DNA from: a virus
Taxonomy: Duplodnaviria > Caudoviricetes
Strand: one strand, 5' to 3'
Virus record (IMG/VR): IMGVR_UViG_3300029286_001711
Length of the DNA: 64,000 nt
Within the stretch, counting starts at the first letter, position 1; every line of letters starts with the position of its first letter. Below are positions 1-10,942 of the stretch, one piece after another. Position numbers and translations under genes: made by a program. The notes below the pieces were generated by a model. The model searched no databases and had not been told where the DNA came from. It worked only from the letters and a program-made list of their open reading frames with translations.

Positions 1-199
1 AATAATCAGACCATTCACCACCTAACGCAAAGTTTTTATTTATTTTCCTATCAAGATTAGTGGTTATTTGAAAATTACCAAATGTAAATAAGGATACCCC
101 GTCAGTAAATTGAAGTCCAACTAAATTTGGAGCGAAGTCACCCTCTCTCCTTTTATATGCATCGGTGAGTGAACGAGGTACAACCTTAACTGTTGCCAT
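1..199 (-). CDS. Conserved-looking virion/baseplate-region protein, N-terminal part only (runs off the window edge)
   Basis: Hand translation from ATG at 199: MATVKVVPRSLTDAYKRREGDFAPNLVGLQFTDG..., open to position 1. TAATG overlap with the stop of the upstream gene. Absent from the ORF track because it has no stop in the window. Confidence 0.75.
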   Translation of the reverse strand, partial: MATVKVVPRSLTDAYKRREGDFAPNLVGLQFTDGVSLFTFGNFQITTNLDRKINKNFALGGEWSDY

Positions 200-1095
200 T
201 AAGCTGTTGGTATATTAGTGATTGTATTGAAATCTTTAGTGAAATCAATATTATTAACCAATTGACGAACCTCATGTAACGGTTCACCTGTGAATTGATC
301 TTGGACTTCGTATAAGTTGTATTGTTTATAAATATTATTTTGAAAGTCGTAAATAGTGTACTTACCGTCAACGATAGATTTAATTTGATTACCGAATATA
401 CCGTAAGCTAATGTTTCAATATCGTATTCAACCATATCGATTTCTAATGATATTGGATTAAAATATGTATTACAAACCGAAATTAATTGTCCAGCAACAC
501 CAATATCTGGGAATAAATTAGGTTTTACATTTGGTGCTGAACTTGGTGTTACCGTACAGAAAACTAAATTGGATGAATCATTAAAACGATATCTAACCGC
601 TTTTTGTGTTGTGTTAGATAGGTTAGCATTTACTGGTTCAACTCTATTAGCTGAAGTTATAATCCTAAAAAAATTTGGAATTCTAGCACCGTTACTATTA
701 TAATATTCAACACGATAACCAATTAAACTTGTTACATCCGCGATACCTAATAGGTTAGCATCTAAAACAAGTCCTTTAACATCAGGAAATGCAGCTAAAA
801 CACCACAATCTGTTATTGTTACCCTAACCTCTTTTGGTTTAATTACAACGGTGTAAATTCCTTTAGCAGAAAAATTAGCTAAAGGTAACTGTAAATTATA
901 TAAACCATCAAATAATGGTATACCGTTTGCGTCTGGCACGGGATGATTAAATCTTGAAATAACCTGATTTGGGTTTAAAGACTGTAATGGTATTGTCGGT
1001 ATTTTATCTCTTGATGGACTATACGTGTAGTAAATCTCCATATCATCTGGACCCGCTGTCGCTGGTCTAACTATGCCATAATTTCCTGTTGCCAT
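199..1095 (-). CDS. Hypothetical virion structural protein (298 aa)
   Basis: Long ORF translationally coupled within the baseplate operon. No recognisable catalytic motif. Confidence 0.6.
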   Translation of the reverse strand: MATGNYGIVRPATAGPDDMEIYYTYSPSRDKIPTIPLQSLNPNQVISRFNHPVPDANGIPLFDGLYNLQLPLANFSAKGIYTVVIKPKEVRVTITDCGVLAAFPDVKGLVLDANLLGIADVTSLIGYRVEYYNSNGARIPNFFRIITSANRVEPVNANLSNTTQKAVRYRFNDSSNLVFCTVTPSSAPNVKPNLFPDIGVAGQLISVCNTYFNPISLEIDMVEYDIETLAYGIFGNQIKSIVDGKYTIYDFQNNIYKQYNLYEVQDQFTGEPLHEVRQLVNNIDFTKDFNTITNIPTA

Positions 1096-1098
1096 GTT

Positions 1099-1530
1099 TT
1101 AATTGTTATCTATAATTTTGTAGTAACCATTTCTGTAGTTTATCAAACCTTCCATTGTTTTAATTTCAGAAAGTCTGGAATGATGTTCAAAAACCGCTAA
1201 ACTCATCCTTTCTATAAATAGCTCGTTATCGACTTTTGGTGGGAAAACTAATCCCATTTTAGCCTCTTCTTTTATAAAAAAATACTTAGCAAAATCAAAC
1301 CCATTTAAATTAGTGTTAAATGTTGTTGGATGTGTAAAATTACTAACACCAAAACCCTTTTTTGTTGGTTGGTACTGTGTTTCATAGTTAATACCATCTA
1401 TTGTATATTTTATTACCGTTGGGTTACCAGATATTATAGCTGTAACCCCGTTTACACCAACCTGAAAAGGGTTGGTTTGACTATACGTACTAATTACGTC
1501 TAATTTATGTGATGTAAACCCTGTTATCAT
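1099..1530 (-). CDS. Hypothetical protein (about 143 aa; start probably ATG at 1530)
   Basis: ATG at 1530 overlaps the TGA of the upstream gene (ATGA), which favours it over the track start at 1566. Confidence 0.6.
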   Translation of the reverse strand: MITGFTSHKLDVISTYSQTNPFQVGVNGVTAIISGNPTVIKYTIDGINYETQYQPTKKGFGVSNFTHPTTFNTNLNGFDFAKYFFIKEEAKMGLVFPPKVDNELFIERMSLAVFEHHSRLSEIKTMEGLINYRNGYYKIIDNN

Positions 1531-3458
1531 GGTGTTAATGTTATATTTTGTGGCCCTAACACACAACCATTTGCGTCAGTTATTGTTACTGTTAATACGG
1601 TACCTACACAGTATGAGTTAGATGTAATTAATGTACCACCATCACCCCATAAAATAGAATAAGGTGTAACACCACCAATAATATTAATTATTGCTTGTCT
1701 ACAATCGTTAATACCACAACCAGTACACGTAGTACCTGTTGTACTATCAATAATACCTATATCTAAAATAGATAATGGATCTGGCTGTACTGTATTAACG
1801 GTTGTTGAAGCTGAGCAACCAAATTTATCTACTGTAATTATTGTATTTGACCCTGCTGATAATGTTAGTAAGACTAAAGACGATGAGTTAGATGGTCCAT
1901 AACTACAACCAGATGTTGTACATTGAGTTTGTAGTGTACCATTAACATAATACTTATGAAAATTGGTTGGTATTGTTGGGTATCCAGTAACAAAAGTTCC
2001 AGTAGTATAAAAACTAGTTGCTGATATTATAACACTACCACCATTACAAGGTATATCAAAACCATTTGTTTGTGGTGGTTTTGTAAATGAGTTACTCAAT
2101 AAAGGTGGTCTGGTTAACTGTATACTAGTTGTAGGACCTGGACAACCAGATGTATCTACCATTGATATGGTGTAATTAGCAGCAATTAAGTTATTAAACA
2201 TGTATGGTCCATTGACGGCTGGTGTTGTAAAATTAGTATTACCACCGTTAATTGTGATAAGATATGAACCGTTACCACCTGTAGGGTTAACTGTTATTGT
2301 ACCGTCAGTTGCATTAAAACAACTAACTTGAGTTAAGAATCCTACATAACCATATGAACTTATGTTGTATGTGTATGTTACAAAAATAGGTTGGGTTAAT
2401 GTAACTGGTATGTTAATAAAAGAACCAACATTATCTGTAATTTTAACATTATAAGTTCCAACTGGTAAGTTATTGAAAATTCCTGTATAATTAGTTTCTG
2501 TAGCCGGTCCTGTTAACTCATAAAGATACCCTGTATATCCAATACCACCCTCACCCTGGACTGTTATATTTCCAGTGTTACCACCTTGACAATCGATATT
2601 AGTTGTGGTGATGACATTACCTGATAATACAATTGGTTCTGTAATATCAAATACAGCTGATACAATAGTACCACTACCATCTACAACTTGTACAGTGTAA
2701 TGACCAGCACATAGTGATGTGAGACCTGTTGATGTACCTAATGTGTTAGTTGGTGAACCTGAATACCATAGATAGGTATAAGGTAATTGACCACCTTGTG
2801 GTGTAACACCGGCTGAACCATTACACCCAGAAGTTGCGTTAACTTGTGAATTTATAGTTGTTAAATCTAGAGTTAACCCTTGTGGTTGTTGTAAAAAATA
2901 CGATGTATATGAAATATTATTATTATTGTCTGTAACTTTTAAAACATAACTACCAGCTTCTAAACCTGTTATAGTTGGGTTTGTTGAACTAAACCCGTTA
3001 GGCCCAGTCCATTCTGTAGTAGCCGGTCCAGCACTCCTATTTGGGACAGCCGATAATATACCATCTGAGGCCCCAAATTGGGTGATAGGTTTTTCAGTTA
3101 TAGAGGAATCACCGTTGGATGAACTAGCATTTGTAGTTCTTGCTTGTTGTGAAGACGAGTCTGCCGCACCACCATTATTAGCACTATTGTTATTACCCAT
3201 AGCGTAAGACACACCACCAATACCCACTTTACCCGTTGTTTTAAGGGTTGATTCCAGTATTACACCATTGTTGGATAAATTCCATAATCCTTGTGCGCTA
3301 ACTATTTCATATACAGGGTTTGCTGTATCGGTATATATTCCAATGTCTTCATAGTCTTGTTTAAGAAAAATAGGGAAATATAAAGTTGTGGCAGTAACAA
3401 CTAACATGTTTGTTCTACCAATTTCTTCATATCCAACTGATCTCTTATAAAATTCCAT
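1527..3458 (-). CDS. SprB-repeat (Ig-like beta-sandwich repeat) virion-associated protein
   Basis: About six repeats of the type L-x-(A/V)G-x-Y-x-V-x-V-x-D-x-x-GC (e.g. LEAGSYVLKVTDNNN, LCAGHYTVQVVDGSG, LPVGTYNVKITDNVG, LTVTITDANGC). No signal peptide or T9SS C-terminal domain. Lies inside the baseplate operon. Confidence 0.7.
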   Translation of the reverse strand: MEFYKRSVGYEEIGRTNMLVVTATTLYFPIFLKQDYEDIGIYTDTANPVYEIVSAQGLWNLSNNGVILESTLKTTGKVGIGGVSYAMGNNNSANNGGAADSSSQQARTTNASSSNGDSSITEKPITQFGASDGILSAVPNRSAGPATTEWTGPNGFSSTNPTITGLEAGSYVLKVTDNNNNISYTSYFLQQPQGLTLDLTTINSQVNATSGCNGSAGVTPQGGQLPYTYLWYSGSPTNTLGTSTGLTSLCAGHYTVQVVDGSGTIVSAVFDITEPIVLSGNVITTTNIDCQGGNTGNITVQGEGGIGYTGYLYELTGPATETNYTGIFNNLPVGTYNVKITDNVGSFINIPVTLTQPIFVTYTYNISSYGYVGFLTQVSCFNATDGTITVNPTGGNGSYLITINGGNTNFTTPAVNGPYMFNNLIAANYTISMVDTSGCPGPTTSIQLTRPPLLSNSFTKPPQTNGFDIPCNGGSVIISATSFYTTGTFVTGYPTIPTNFHKYYVNGTLQTQCTTSGCSYGPSNSSSLVLLTLSAGSNTIITVDKFGCSASTTVNTVQPDPLSILDIGIIDSTTGTTCTGCGINDCRQAIINIIGGVTPYSILWGDGGTLITSNSYCVGTVLTVTITDANGCVLGPQNITLTP

Positions 3459-4267
3459 TATGACATTATAAATTCAGATAGTGTTATTACAGTAGGTGTA
3501 TTAGCGCCGAATGGTGTGTAAGGTCTAAAATTATATTCACCGTTATTAAGTTTAGGGTTTAATAACTCCACAGCACTCGTTCTCCAACTTCTGTTGGTAT
3601 TATTTTTATATTGGTTAACACTAATTGGTGCACCAGTGAAATTGTTAACAATAGATAACGGTATATTAATAAATTTTGTAATCTTACCTGTCTTTGCATT
3701 AAAGAATCTAGCTTCCATATAAACAATTTTGTTATTATTATTCTTCACAAAATATTCATCATTCCTTAACCAATAAAGTCTATTAAAAGATATTGTCGGT
3801 TGTATGGTTTCCCCAACATTTAAATCTTCAGTAAAAATTAAATTATTTGTATCACCACTATTACTGTCATAGAAATATAGTCTAAAGAAACTTTTTTTAA
3901 ACCCATTAATACGATTATTTACATCTGTTGTTGTAAGACCGTTTGCTGCGTAAGAAACCGTATAACTATTAGAAACAGTATCCCAAAACCTAAAATTTAT
4001 TAATAACCCAGCCCCCACATTCGCTAACATATTACTAAATTTATATTTAGTTGTTTCAGCGTCGAAAGTAGGATTTATAGCTTTTTTCCTTTCGGATAAA
4101 ACAATGTCTTGCACATCTTCCCCGTAATCAACGGGAAAAAAATTTGTATTAATTGGGAATACAACTGATTTATATAAATCAAAATTATTAGTACCAGCTG
4201 CATTAACACTAAAAGTATTACCTGTTACTGATTTAAAAGTATTCTGTATTTGATATTTTATTAACAT
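3458..4267 (-). CDS. Hypothetical virion structural protein (269 aa)
   Basis: Coupled ORF in the baseplate operon, N/T-rich. Confidence 0.55.
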   Translation of the reverse strand: MLIKYQIQNTFKSVTGNTFSVNAAGTNNFDLYKSVVFPINTNFFPVDYGEDVQDIVLSERKKAINPTFDAETTKYKFSNMLANVGAGLLINFRFWDTVSNSYTVSYAANGLTTTDVNNRINGFKKSFFRLYFYDSNSGDTNNLIFTEDLNVGETIQPTISFNRLYWLRNDEYFVKNNNNKIVYMEARFFNAKTGKITKFINIPLSIVNNFTGAPISVNQYKNNTNRSWRTSAVELLNPKLNNGEYNFRPYTPFGANTPTVITLSEFIMS

Positions 4268-6069
4268 TCCTCTGTTAAGTTTTTAACCTCTTTAGATGCA
4301 CTCTGATTTATTAAGTTAACTGGATTCTGTCTTCTAACAAATAAATTATGGTTAAAATAAAAATAGTGTGAATTATTTAAGAATGGATAATCAACACCGT
4401 TAACACCCTCTTCAAAATAACCTATTGTTAGTAAGTCTTTCCACCATATAGAACCGTCGGCATAGGTAACATAGTTATCTGGTATGTCAATAATGATTTC
4501 ATTAGCTAACGCGGTTTCCACTACTTCACTATAAGCCCTTATTTTTAATTTTCTAAAAGGTTTATAAAAATATCCCTCCCCATTTGGATTTGTGTTAACT
4601 CCAAATCTGTGTATAATATCAGCAACATTTCTCTCTGTAATTTCCAAACTATTAAATTCAACAAAATCACCAATATATTTACTACCCATTACCTGTTGTA
4701 CCTGACCCTGTACGTTGATAACCTCACTCCTTGGTGTCGATTTTACAATAGAACCTATTCCTGTTGGGTTATTAAGTGAGATGTTTTCTAAACTATTAGC
4801 GGTGTTAGTGGTAGTGGCATTAAATTCCCAGTCAGATGTGACATTACTCCAGTTATAAGGGTTTTTACCTGACCTTTTTACTGTAGTATAATATAATTCA
4901 GAAACGAAACCGTTTCTATTATCCCTTAATCTCTCAACGTTAATATCCTGATTATATTGAAATAACCACGTATCATTTGCTGTACCAACAGTAGGATCTG
5001 AAGTATCAGAATAGATACTTGTACTATAGGCACAATTATAAACATCGTAATTATTGGATGTTAATAACTCAAAATTTCTAATATAGTATTCTGATGGGGT
5101 ACCATCTAATAACCGATATTTTGAAATAGACGGTGTATAGAAAAAATTTGTACCTTTAGTGTTAGATATTGACGTTCTAATAACAAATTTTGTTGCCCCC
5201 ACAATATTATAAACACGCCAAACACCATTTAATGTGTTGATATTATTAGTTCTTATATCAACAAAGTCGTTAATTAATAAGTTGTGTGGTGTTGTCGATG
5301 TAATTGTTGTATACATAGTTTCACCAACTAGGTACGTACCAACTGTTGAGCCACTAATATCTGTTGCGGTTGCTTGAATAAAACTTAATGGGTTATTAAA
5401 TCTACCATCATCAAATGACGACCTCACTACCCTTACAAAATTACCAGTACCTGAAGGTGGTGTTGTGATAATAGTTTCTAATGTTACATCAGTGGTGGGG
5501 TTTATTCCACCAATACCTAGAGTTTGTACTTTATGAATACCTTGTAACGGGTTATACGTTGAATTACTATATAAATAAATGTAATCACCTTCTACTAAGT
5601 TATGTCTTTGAACACCTTTTATCGTTAATTTATTGTCCCCGTTAATAACTGTAGTACCTAAAATTTGATATTGTAAACCTCTATAAGCATTTGATGATAT
5701 GGTACCAGCTGGAACTCTAGCGTTTATTACAAAATTAGGATCCATAGTTGATGGGTATGTTACTTGCATAACCCAATTATTAGGTGTTACCGCTGGTGTG
5801 CCATAAAATAGTGGGTCCCACATTATACTCGTAGCACCAGTACTTAAAACGTTAGAGGTGTAGATGTTTAATTTACCATTAACTCTATACTTGAAAGATT
5901 TTTGTCTTTCCTCCTCGAAAAGTAGTGGCACGTTAACAATATCAATAATATCATACTCAGTTAGTGGTTTTGTTTTTTCTTCTAACTGTGTTTGTATATT
6001 AGTGTTGGTATTAGAGGCAAGTTTGTACCTCTTATTACCAATGAGTTGTCTAACGTAATTTCTTTCCAT
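4261..6069 (-). CDS. Putative baseplate wedge-associated structural protein (602 aa)
   Basis: Directly downstream of the gp6-like gene. Contains two internal beta-rich repeats (HNLVEGDYIYL / HNLLINDFVDI). Confidence 0.5.
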   Translation of the reverse strand: MERNYVRQLIGNKRYKLASNTNTNIQTQLEEKTKPLTEYDIIDIVNVPLLFEEERQKSFKYRVNGKLNIYTSNVLSTGATSIMWDPLFYGTPAVTPNNWVMQVTYPSTMDPNFVINARVPAGTISSNAYRGLQYQILGTTVINGDNKLTIKGVQRHNLVEGDYIYLYSNSTYNPLQGIHKVQTLGIGGINPTTDVTLETIITTPPSGTGNFVRVVRSSFDDGRFNNPLSFIQATATDISGSTVGTYLVGETMYTTITSTTPHNLLINDFVDIRTNNINTLNGVWRVYNIVGATKFVIRTSISNTKGTNFFYTPSISKYRLLDGTPSEYYIRNFELLTSNNYDVYNCAYSTSIYSDTSDPTVGTANDTWLFQYNQDINVERLRDNRNGFVSELYYTTVKRSGKNPYNWSNVTSDWEFNATTTNTANSLENISLNNPTGIGSIVKSTPRSEVINVQGQVQQVMGSKYIGDFVEFNSLEITERNVADIIHRFGVNTNPNGEGYFYKPFRKLKIRAYSEVVETALANEIIIDIPDNYVTYADGSIWWKDLLTIGYFEEGVNGVDYPFLNNSHYFYFNHNLFVRRQNPVNLINQSASKEVKNLTEEC

Positions 6070-7886
6070 TAACTTTTAACCTTCACACGAATATCTGTTG
6101 CTGGTATTTTAATTTCAAACATAGTATCATATTCACCAAATAAAGCGAAATCACCTGTTAAATCTATTTGTTTAGTGATAGCGTCCAAATAAGGTTGTGA
6201 TGTTTTATTTAACGAATAATTTCCACCAACTTTATTATATATTTTAATATCAACCACGTTTAGTACTCCTGATACATTATTAATCGCCTCTATTAGTTGT
6301 GCTAAATAAATGTTTTGACCCATCTCCCATTTTTTAATATCAAAATAACTTGTCACCGCGTTAATAGTGTTATTAATAATTTCACCCTGATTATAGGCTT
6401 TATCAACAAATAAATCTATGTCAAAGGCTAAATCAATTATTCTACCGTCTCTAACCAAAACATAATCATTTATCATTCTATAATCAGATAACCAAGTTGC
6501 AATATTCTCTTTTAATGTATTGGTGGATGAATTATCTAACTTACCGTTAGAGTTTAAACCTAAAATAGAAAATTCTACTTTATTTTGTCTTTCACCCACA
6601 TTTAATCTAAATGGAACACCATACTTACCTGGCATTTTAAATACCTGTGCTAAATAATCCTTAATTGTTACTGCCCTATTTTGTGATGCAAAATTATACT
6701 TTGTCATCCACCTAATTTCATCAATAGTTGGTTCATCCCCCCCACCAAAAGCAGGAACAGGGTTATTAACTTTTAATGAAAGTTTAACCGTTTGATTGGT
6801 TGTTGAGTTAGGTCCGTTGATAAACATATCAACAAATCCTACACTGTTAATAGTATTACTACCTATATTTGCACTAGTCCCACCGCCAACACGATATCTA
6901 ACAAACATCGTACTATTAGGTCTAGGTATTTCACCTAAAGCTGTACTGTTAAAGAAATTAGCTATTTGTAAAACATACTGGTTACTAGTAAAATCCTGTA
7001 AACTTTGTTGATCTGAAAATCCAGATCCAAAGGTCATTTTACAAAAACCAGTATCTGTATATTCTTTAACAAGTTTTTTGGTGATAGAAATCCATTTACC
7101 AGGTTTAATACCCGTATTATCAGTACTTCTTGTTGGATCGTCAACAAACATTTTATCTTCAGCTAACGAATCCACTTCCCACCATCTTATGTTATTATCA
7201 AAAAAATCACCTATTGGTGGTGTTGAGGTAAAAGTGGTCCCTTCTTTAATTATAACCTGTTCTATTTCTACCACATTAGAATCTGGTAGTATAACCTCTA
7301 AAAAGGGTATAGCATCATTGGTTCCTATAATTTTTTTGAATATCTTTGTAATACCGTTACTCACAATCTCTCTTTTAACTAAAGTGTAGTTAATTATTTG
7401 GTTGTTGGCATTAATATTCGGTATTATTAATCTGTTTGGTATACCTCCGGCACTAAACGATGAAGAGAAATCAATATCATCTAACGTCTCAAATGTTTGA
7501 CCACCACCAGCAACTTGTGTACCAACTTTTATTATTGGAGCATATCTAATATCAAATGTATCACCAAATACTGGGACTGTTACTGAAAAATCGACCAAAG
7601 TCACAGATGACCTTTTGCCTGGGATATTTAAACCCAAAGTTCTAGCTATATTCATAACCGATCTTCTCTCTTGTGCAAAATCAATTTGTGTTTCGGTAAA
7701 CATCCTATCTGTATGGAAGGATAACATATCAGCAACCGCTGCGTTAAGGTCTAACAACATCATACCGACTGATGCGTCATTAAAATCTTGGAATAATTCG
7801 GGATAGAAATGTTTAACAAATGTTGTTAATTCACTTCTTACATCAGCAAAATTCCTAGCGAAATAATCTATTTTTTTCTCTGCCAT
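6069..7886 (-). CDS. Baseplate wedge subunit, T4 gp6 / baseplate J-like
   Basis: IDYFARNFADVRSEL, DFNDASVGMMLLDL, YRVGGGTSAN, GGDEPTIDEIR and QNRAVTIKDY motifs typical of gp6/BpJ. Follows the gp25-like gene. Confidence 0.85.
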   Translation of the reverse strand: MAEKKIDYFARNFADVRSELTTFVKHFYPELFQDFNDASVGMMLLDLNAAVADMLSFHTDRMFTETQIDFAQERRSVMNIARTLGLNIPGKRSSVTLVDFSVTVPVFGDTFDIRYAPIIKVGTQVAGGGQTFETLDDIDFSSSFSAGGIPNRLIIPNINANNQIINYTLVKREIVSNGITKIFKKIIGTNDAIPFLEVILPDSNVVEIEQVIIKEGTTFTSTPPIGDFFDNNIRWWEVDSLAEDKMFVDDPTRSTDNTGIKPGKWISITKKLVKEYTDTGFCKMTFGSGFSDQQSLQDFTSNQYVLQIANFFNSTALGEIPRPNSTMFVRYRVGGGTSANIGSNTINSVGFVDMFINGPNSTTNQTVKLSLKVNNPVPAFGGGDEPTIDEIRWMTKYNFASQNRAVTIKDYLAQVFKMPGKYGVPFRLNVGERQNKVEFSILGLNSNGKLDNSSTNTLKENIATWLSDYRMINDYVLVRDGRIIDLAFDIDLFVDKAYNQGEIINNTINAVTSYFDIKKWEMGQNIYLAQLIEAINNVSGVLNVVDIKIYNKVGGNYSLNKTSQPYLDAITKQIDLTGDFALFGEYDTMFEIKIPATDIRVKVKS

Positions 7887-7890
7887 GGTT

Positions 7891-8277
7891 TTATAGTTCT
7901 AAAGTAACAAAATCAGTTTCTTGAAAAGTATTTGTTGTAACCGTATAACTTAATTTAACTACAACAGCATGATTATTACTTTCAGATGGTGTTGTAGTTA
8001 GTTCGGTTATTAGTAAATTTGGAATATACTTTTTAATAGCCTCATTTATTTCGTTTCTTATACCCGTATATGAGGGTTCATCGTTTTGTTCAAAAAGATA
8101 TTGTCTTAAATTAGCACCAAAATCTGGCATATATAATCTCTCTCCTCTGTTAGTTAATAATAAATGTACCAAATCAGCTTTTATAGCTTTTTTAGTATCG
8201 TTATTCATTTCTAAGAACTTACCGTCTGGATCATCCGTAAAAGGAAATTGAATGTTTATGAATCTTTGTTGTGCCAT
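7891..8277 (-). CDS. Baseplate wedge protein, gp25/GPW-like
   Basis: IKADLVHLLLTNRGERLYMPDFGANL is the gp25 signature. 128 aa. Confidence 0.9.
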   Translation of the reverse strand: MAQQRFINIQFPFTDDPDGKFLEMNNDTKKAIKADLVHLLLTNRGERLYMPDFGANLRQYLFEQNDEPSYTGIRNEINEAIKKYIPNLLITELTTTPSESNNHAVVVKLSYTVTTNTFQETDFVTLEL

Positions 8278-8288
8278 TGTATTTTATC

Positions 8289-8297
8289 TATAAATAT
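8289..8297 (-). promoter_or_regulatory. Putative phage late promoter motif (ATATTTATA) for the baseplate operon
   Basis: Motif on the coding strand 11 nt upstream of the gp25-like ATG. Same motif recurs upstream of many structural genes. Confidence 0.6.
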
Positions 8298-8353
8298 TCG
8301 ATAAAGAAATTTACCATCAAAAAATAAAATCTAAAGTGTAAAGTTTACAGCAT

Positions 8354-8380
8354 AAAAAAACCCTCCGTTAGGAGGGTTCT
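8354..8380 (-). terminator. Rho-independent terminator after nrdJ
   Basis: Stem AACCCTCC/GGAGGGTT, 4-nt loop, U7 tract on the minus strand. Confidence 0.85.
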
Positions 8381-8383
8381 TAA

Positions 8384-10921
8384 TTAACCACATTTAGAGT
8401 AACCACAATCCTTACATTTGTAACATCCTTCTTGCATTAACATGCCATCTGGAGAACCACAAGATTCACAAGAGTGTGATGAAAAATTTTCGTCTTTCAA
8501 ATATTTCTTAAGTGTTCTTGCTATAGCTTTAGAGAATGATACAATTGTACCTTCAGATTTCATTAATTGTTCATAAATGAAATTGATGTCAGCTCCGTGA
8601 CGTAATGACGTTGAAATCATACGTGTTAAAGCTTCTTGTTCGTCAGACTCAAATAACTCTTTTAAATCTTCAAGTGTAAAACCATCCAATTCTAAATCGT
8701 ATTTACCTTTTCTAATCTTAGATAGTTTACCGTGTTTAAACTTTTCAGAAAGATTAATGTTTTTCTTTTTGAAAGCAAAAATCTCATACGGGTCTTCACC
8801 TAATAAACCAACTAATACAATCCATTTATCACCAGAAACTGTTAAGTGATGGATATCACAACTTAAAGTTTTAGGTCTTTTTGGTGCCGTAGTTTTAGGT
8901 ACTTTAGTGTCGTCTGAAGATGTATTATCTGAAGATGATTTCTCAGAAAGAACAACGGTCATTGTACCAGCTCTATAAGTCGTACCACCCTTAACTACAC
9001 CTGTATTATATAAATCAGTGTAAAGTCTCTTAAAGTCTTCATAAGGATATTCATTTGGTAAGTTAACAGTCTTAGACATCGCTGAGTCAATATATTTTGC
9101 CATGATAGCCATTGTCTTAACGTGTTCATCAATTGTAAGTTCAGTTGTTGTAGCTGCCCAAGTTGCTTTAGAATCCCATTCATTCTTAGTTTCTAAGAAA
9201 CGAACAGCGTAATCTTTAACCCAAGATTCTCTTAATAAACCTCTTGATTTGTCTACTTTCCAAACATAACCACCAAAATCAGTTGTTAAAAGGTTTTCAT
9301 CACCTTCTTTAATCCACTTCCAAACTGTTGTAGAATCGTAGGTTTTGTTCCCCCAATCAATATTTTTTGGTTTATCTAAACCTTCAGGTGCGTAAGGCAT
9401 AATTGTTGTTCTAACGTACTGAGGCATAAATAACGGTTCTAAACCACCACTAACATTGTTAGCGAATACCGAAGAATTCCCTGTTGGTTGAATTGACAAT
9501 AAGTGTGAGTTACGTATACCGTATCTTTTAATCATTGTAATTGTTTCTTCAGAAAGAGAATCTTTAATGAATTTAGAATTCAAATATTTCTCTTCATCGT
9601 ACAATGGAAAGGCACCTTTTTCAGATGCAATGATTGCTGACGATTGATAAGCCTTATTTGCTAAGAAATCCATTAATTTGTCGGTTAAATTAAGAGCTTC
9701 ATCAGAACCATAACGTACTTTTAACATCATAAGTGCTGAACCATACCCTAAGAAACCTAAACCAATTCTTCTTTTATTCTTTAAACCTTCTCTTTGTGTT
9801 GGTAATGGAACATAAGTTTTATCATTTACGTTATCCATTAAACGAATTGCGATTGGTATTAACTTACCTAATTTATCGTAATCCCAGTCTTTATTACTGA
9901 AATCAACAAACTGTGTTAGGTTAATCGAACCCAATAAACAAACACCACCAATAGGTAAAATTTGTTCACCACAAGGATTAGTTGCGTTAATATATTCACA
10001 GTAATAGAGGTTATTCAACTTATTCATTGTGTCAGAAAACAAAACTCCTGGTTCGTTTCTGTTATAAGTTGAGGTCATAATAATATCCCAAAGTTGGTTT
10101 GCGTTCTCATATGTTTTATACACTACTGTACCATAACCAAGTGCTTTCCACTTTTTCATATTACCATCCCAATCCTTTTTATATTCATTAGAATGTTTTT
10201 CGTAATCAGGAAATTCTAAACTCCATGGTTGGTTGTTTTTAACTGCTTCCATAAAATCATCAGTAATTAAAACTGACATATTGAATTTAGTTAAACGACC
10301 TGGTGTTTGTTTTGCCATGATGTATTCTTCAACATCAGGATGCCAAACAGACATCGTCACCATTTGTGCACCTTTACGAATTTTAACTTTAGCTTTTTTC
10401 TTTTTGGTTTTGTTACCACTACCCTCTGTAATTACTGCTGATTGTGTATCCCACATATCTAACATTCTTACAGAACCTGGTGATTCATTACCGATACCAC
10501 CAATGAAAGAACCTCTCGGTCTCATTACATCAGCACAAAATCCGTAACCACCTTCTGATTTAAGAATCAGGGCCTGTCTTCTAAGAGCGTCAAGAATTCC
10601 TTCCATAGAGTCTTGGTCTTCACCCATGAAACCATCTACAAAGCAATTGATATAGGTTGTACCTTTCAATCCAGTACCAGCGTTAGATGTGATTCTACCA
10701 CCAGGTACAAATTTAAAGTTTTCAAGAGCCCATAAAAATTCTTGTGTCCAATGTTCAGGATCTTTTTCGATAGACGCTAAATCCTTAGCCACACGAAGTT
10801 GTGTTTTGTTAATATCTTCATCACCATATTTGTAGGTTTGCTCGTAAATCTCTTTACTAAAGTCGTCAACAAATTCCGTATTTATCTTGTAATTTACGTC
10901 CATAATTTGATTATTGTCCAT
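8384..10921 (-). CDS. nrdJ: Ribonucleotide reductase, class II (adenosylcobalamin-dependent)
   Basis: FVPGGRI, INCFV, TNPCGEQ, VCLLGSINL, RRIGLGFLG, SIQPTGNSS and SAMSKTVNLP motifs. C-terminal TSCPD-like and CxxC...CxxC tail. No beta subunit nearby. Confidence 0.9.
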   Translation of the reverse strand: MDNNQIMDVNYKINTEFVDDFSKEIYEQTYKYGDEDINKTQLRVAKDLASIEKDPEHWTQEFLWALENFKFVPGGRITSNAGTGLKGTTYINCFVDGFMGEDQDSMEGILDALRRQALILKSEGGYGFCADVMRPRGSFIGGIGNESPGSVRMLDMWDTQSAVITEGSGNKTKKKKAKVKIRKGAQMVTMSVWHPDVEEYIMAKQTPGRLTKFNMSVLITDDFMEAVKNNQPWSLEFPDYEKHSNEYKKDWDGNMKKWKALGYGTVVYKTYENANQLWDIIMTSTYNRNEPGVLFSDTMNKLNNLYYCEYINATNPCGEQILPIGGVCLLGSINLTQFVDFSNKDWDYDKLGKLIPIAIRLMDNVNDKTYVPLPTQREGLKNKRRIGLGFLGYGSALMMLKVRYGSDEALNLTDKLMDFLANKAYQSSAIIASEKGAFPLYDEEKYLNSKFIKDSLSEETITMIKRYGIRNSHLLSIQPTGNSSVFANNVSGGLEPLFMPQYVRTTIMPYAPEGLDKPKNIDWGNKTYDSTTVWKWIKEGDENLLTTDFGGYVWKVDKSRGLLRESWVKDYAVRFLETKNEWDSKATWAATTTELTIDEHVKTMAIMAKYIDSAMSKTVNLPNEYPYEDFKRLYTDLYNTGVVKGGTTYRAGTMTVVLSEKSSSDNTSSDDTKVPKTTAPKRPKTLSCDIHHLTVSGDKWIVLVGLLGEDPYEIFAFKKKNINLSEKFKHGKLSKIRKGKYDLELDGFTLEDLKELFESDEQEALTRMISTSLRHGADINFIYEQLMKSEGTIVSFSKAIARTLKKYLKDENFSSHSCESCGSPDGMLMQEGCYKCKDCGYSKCG

Positions 10922-10942
10922 TTTTTAAAATTTTTTAAATAA

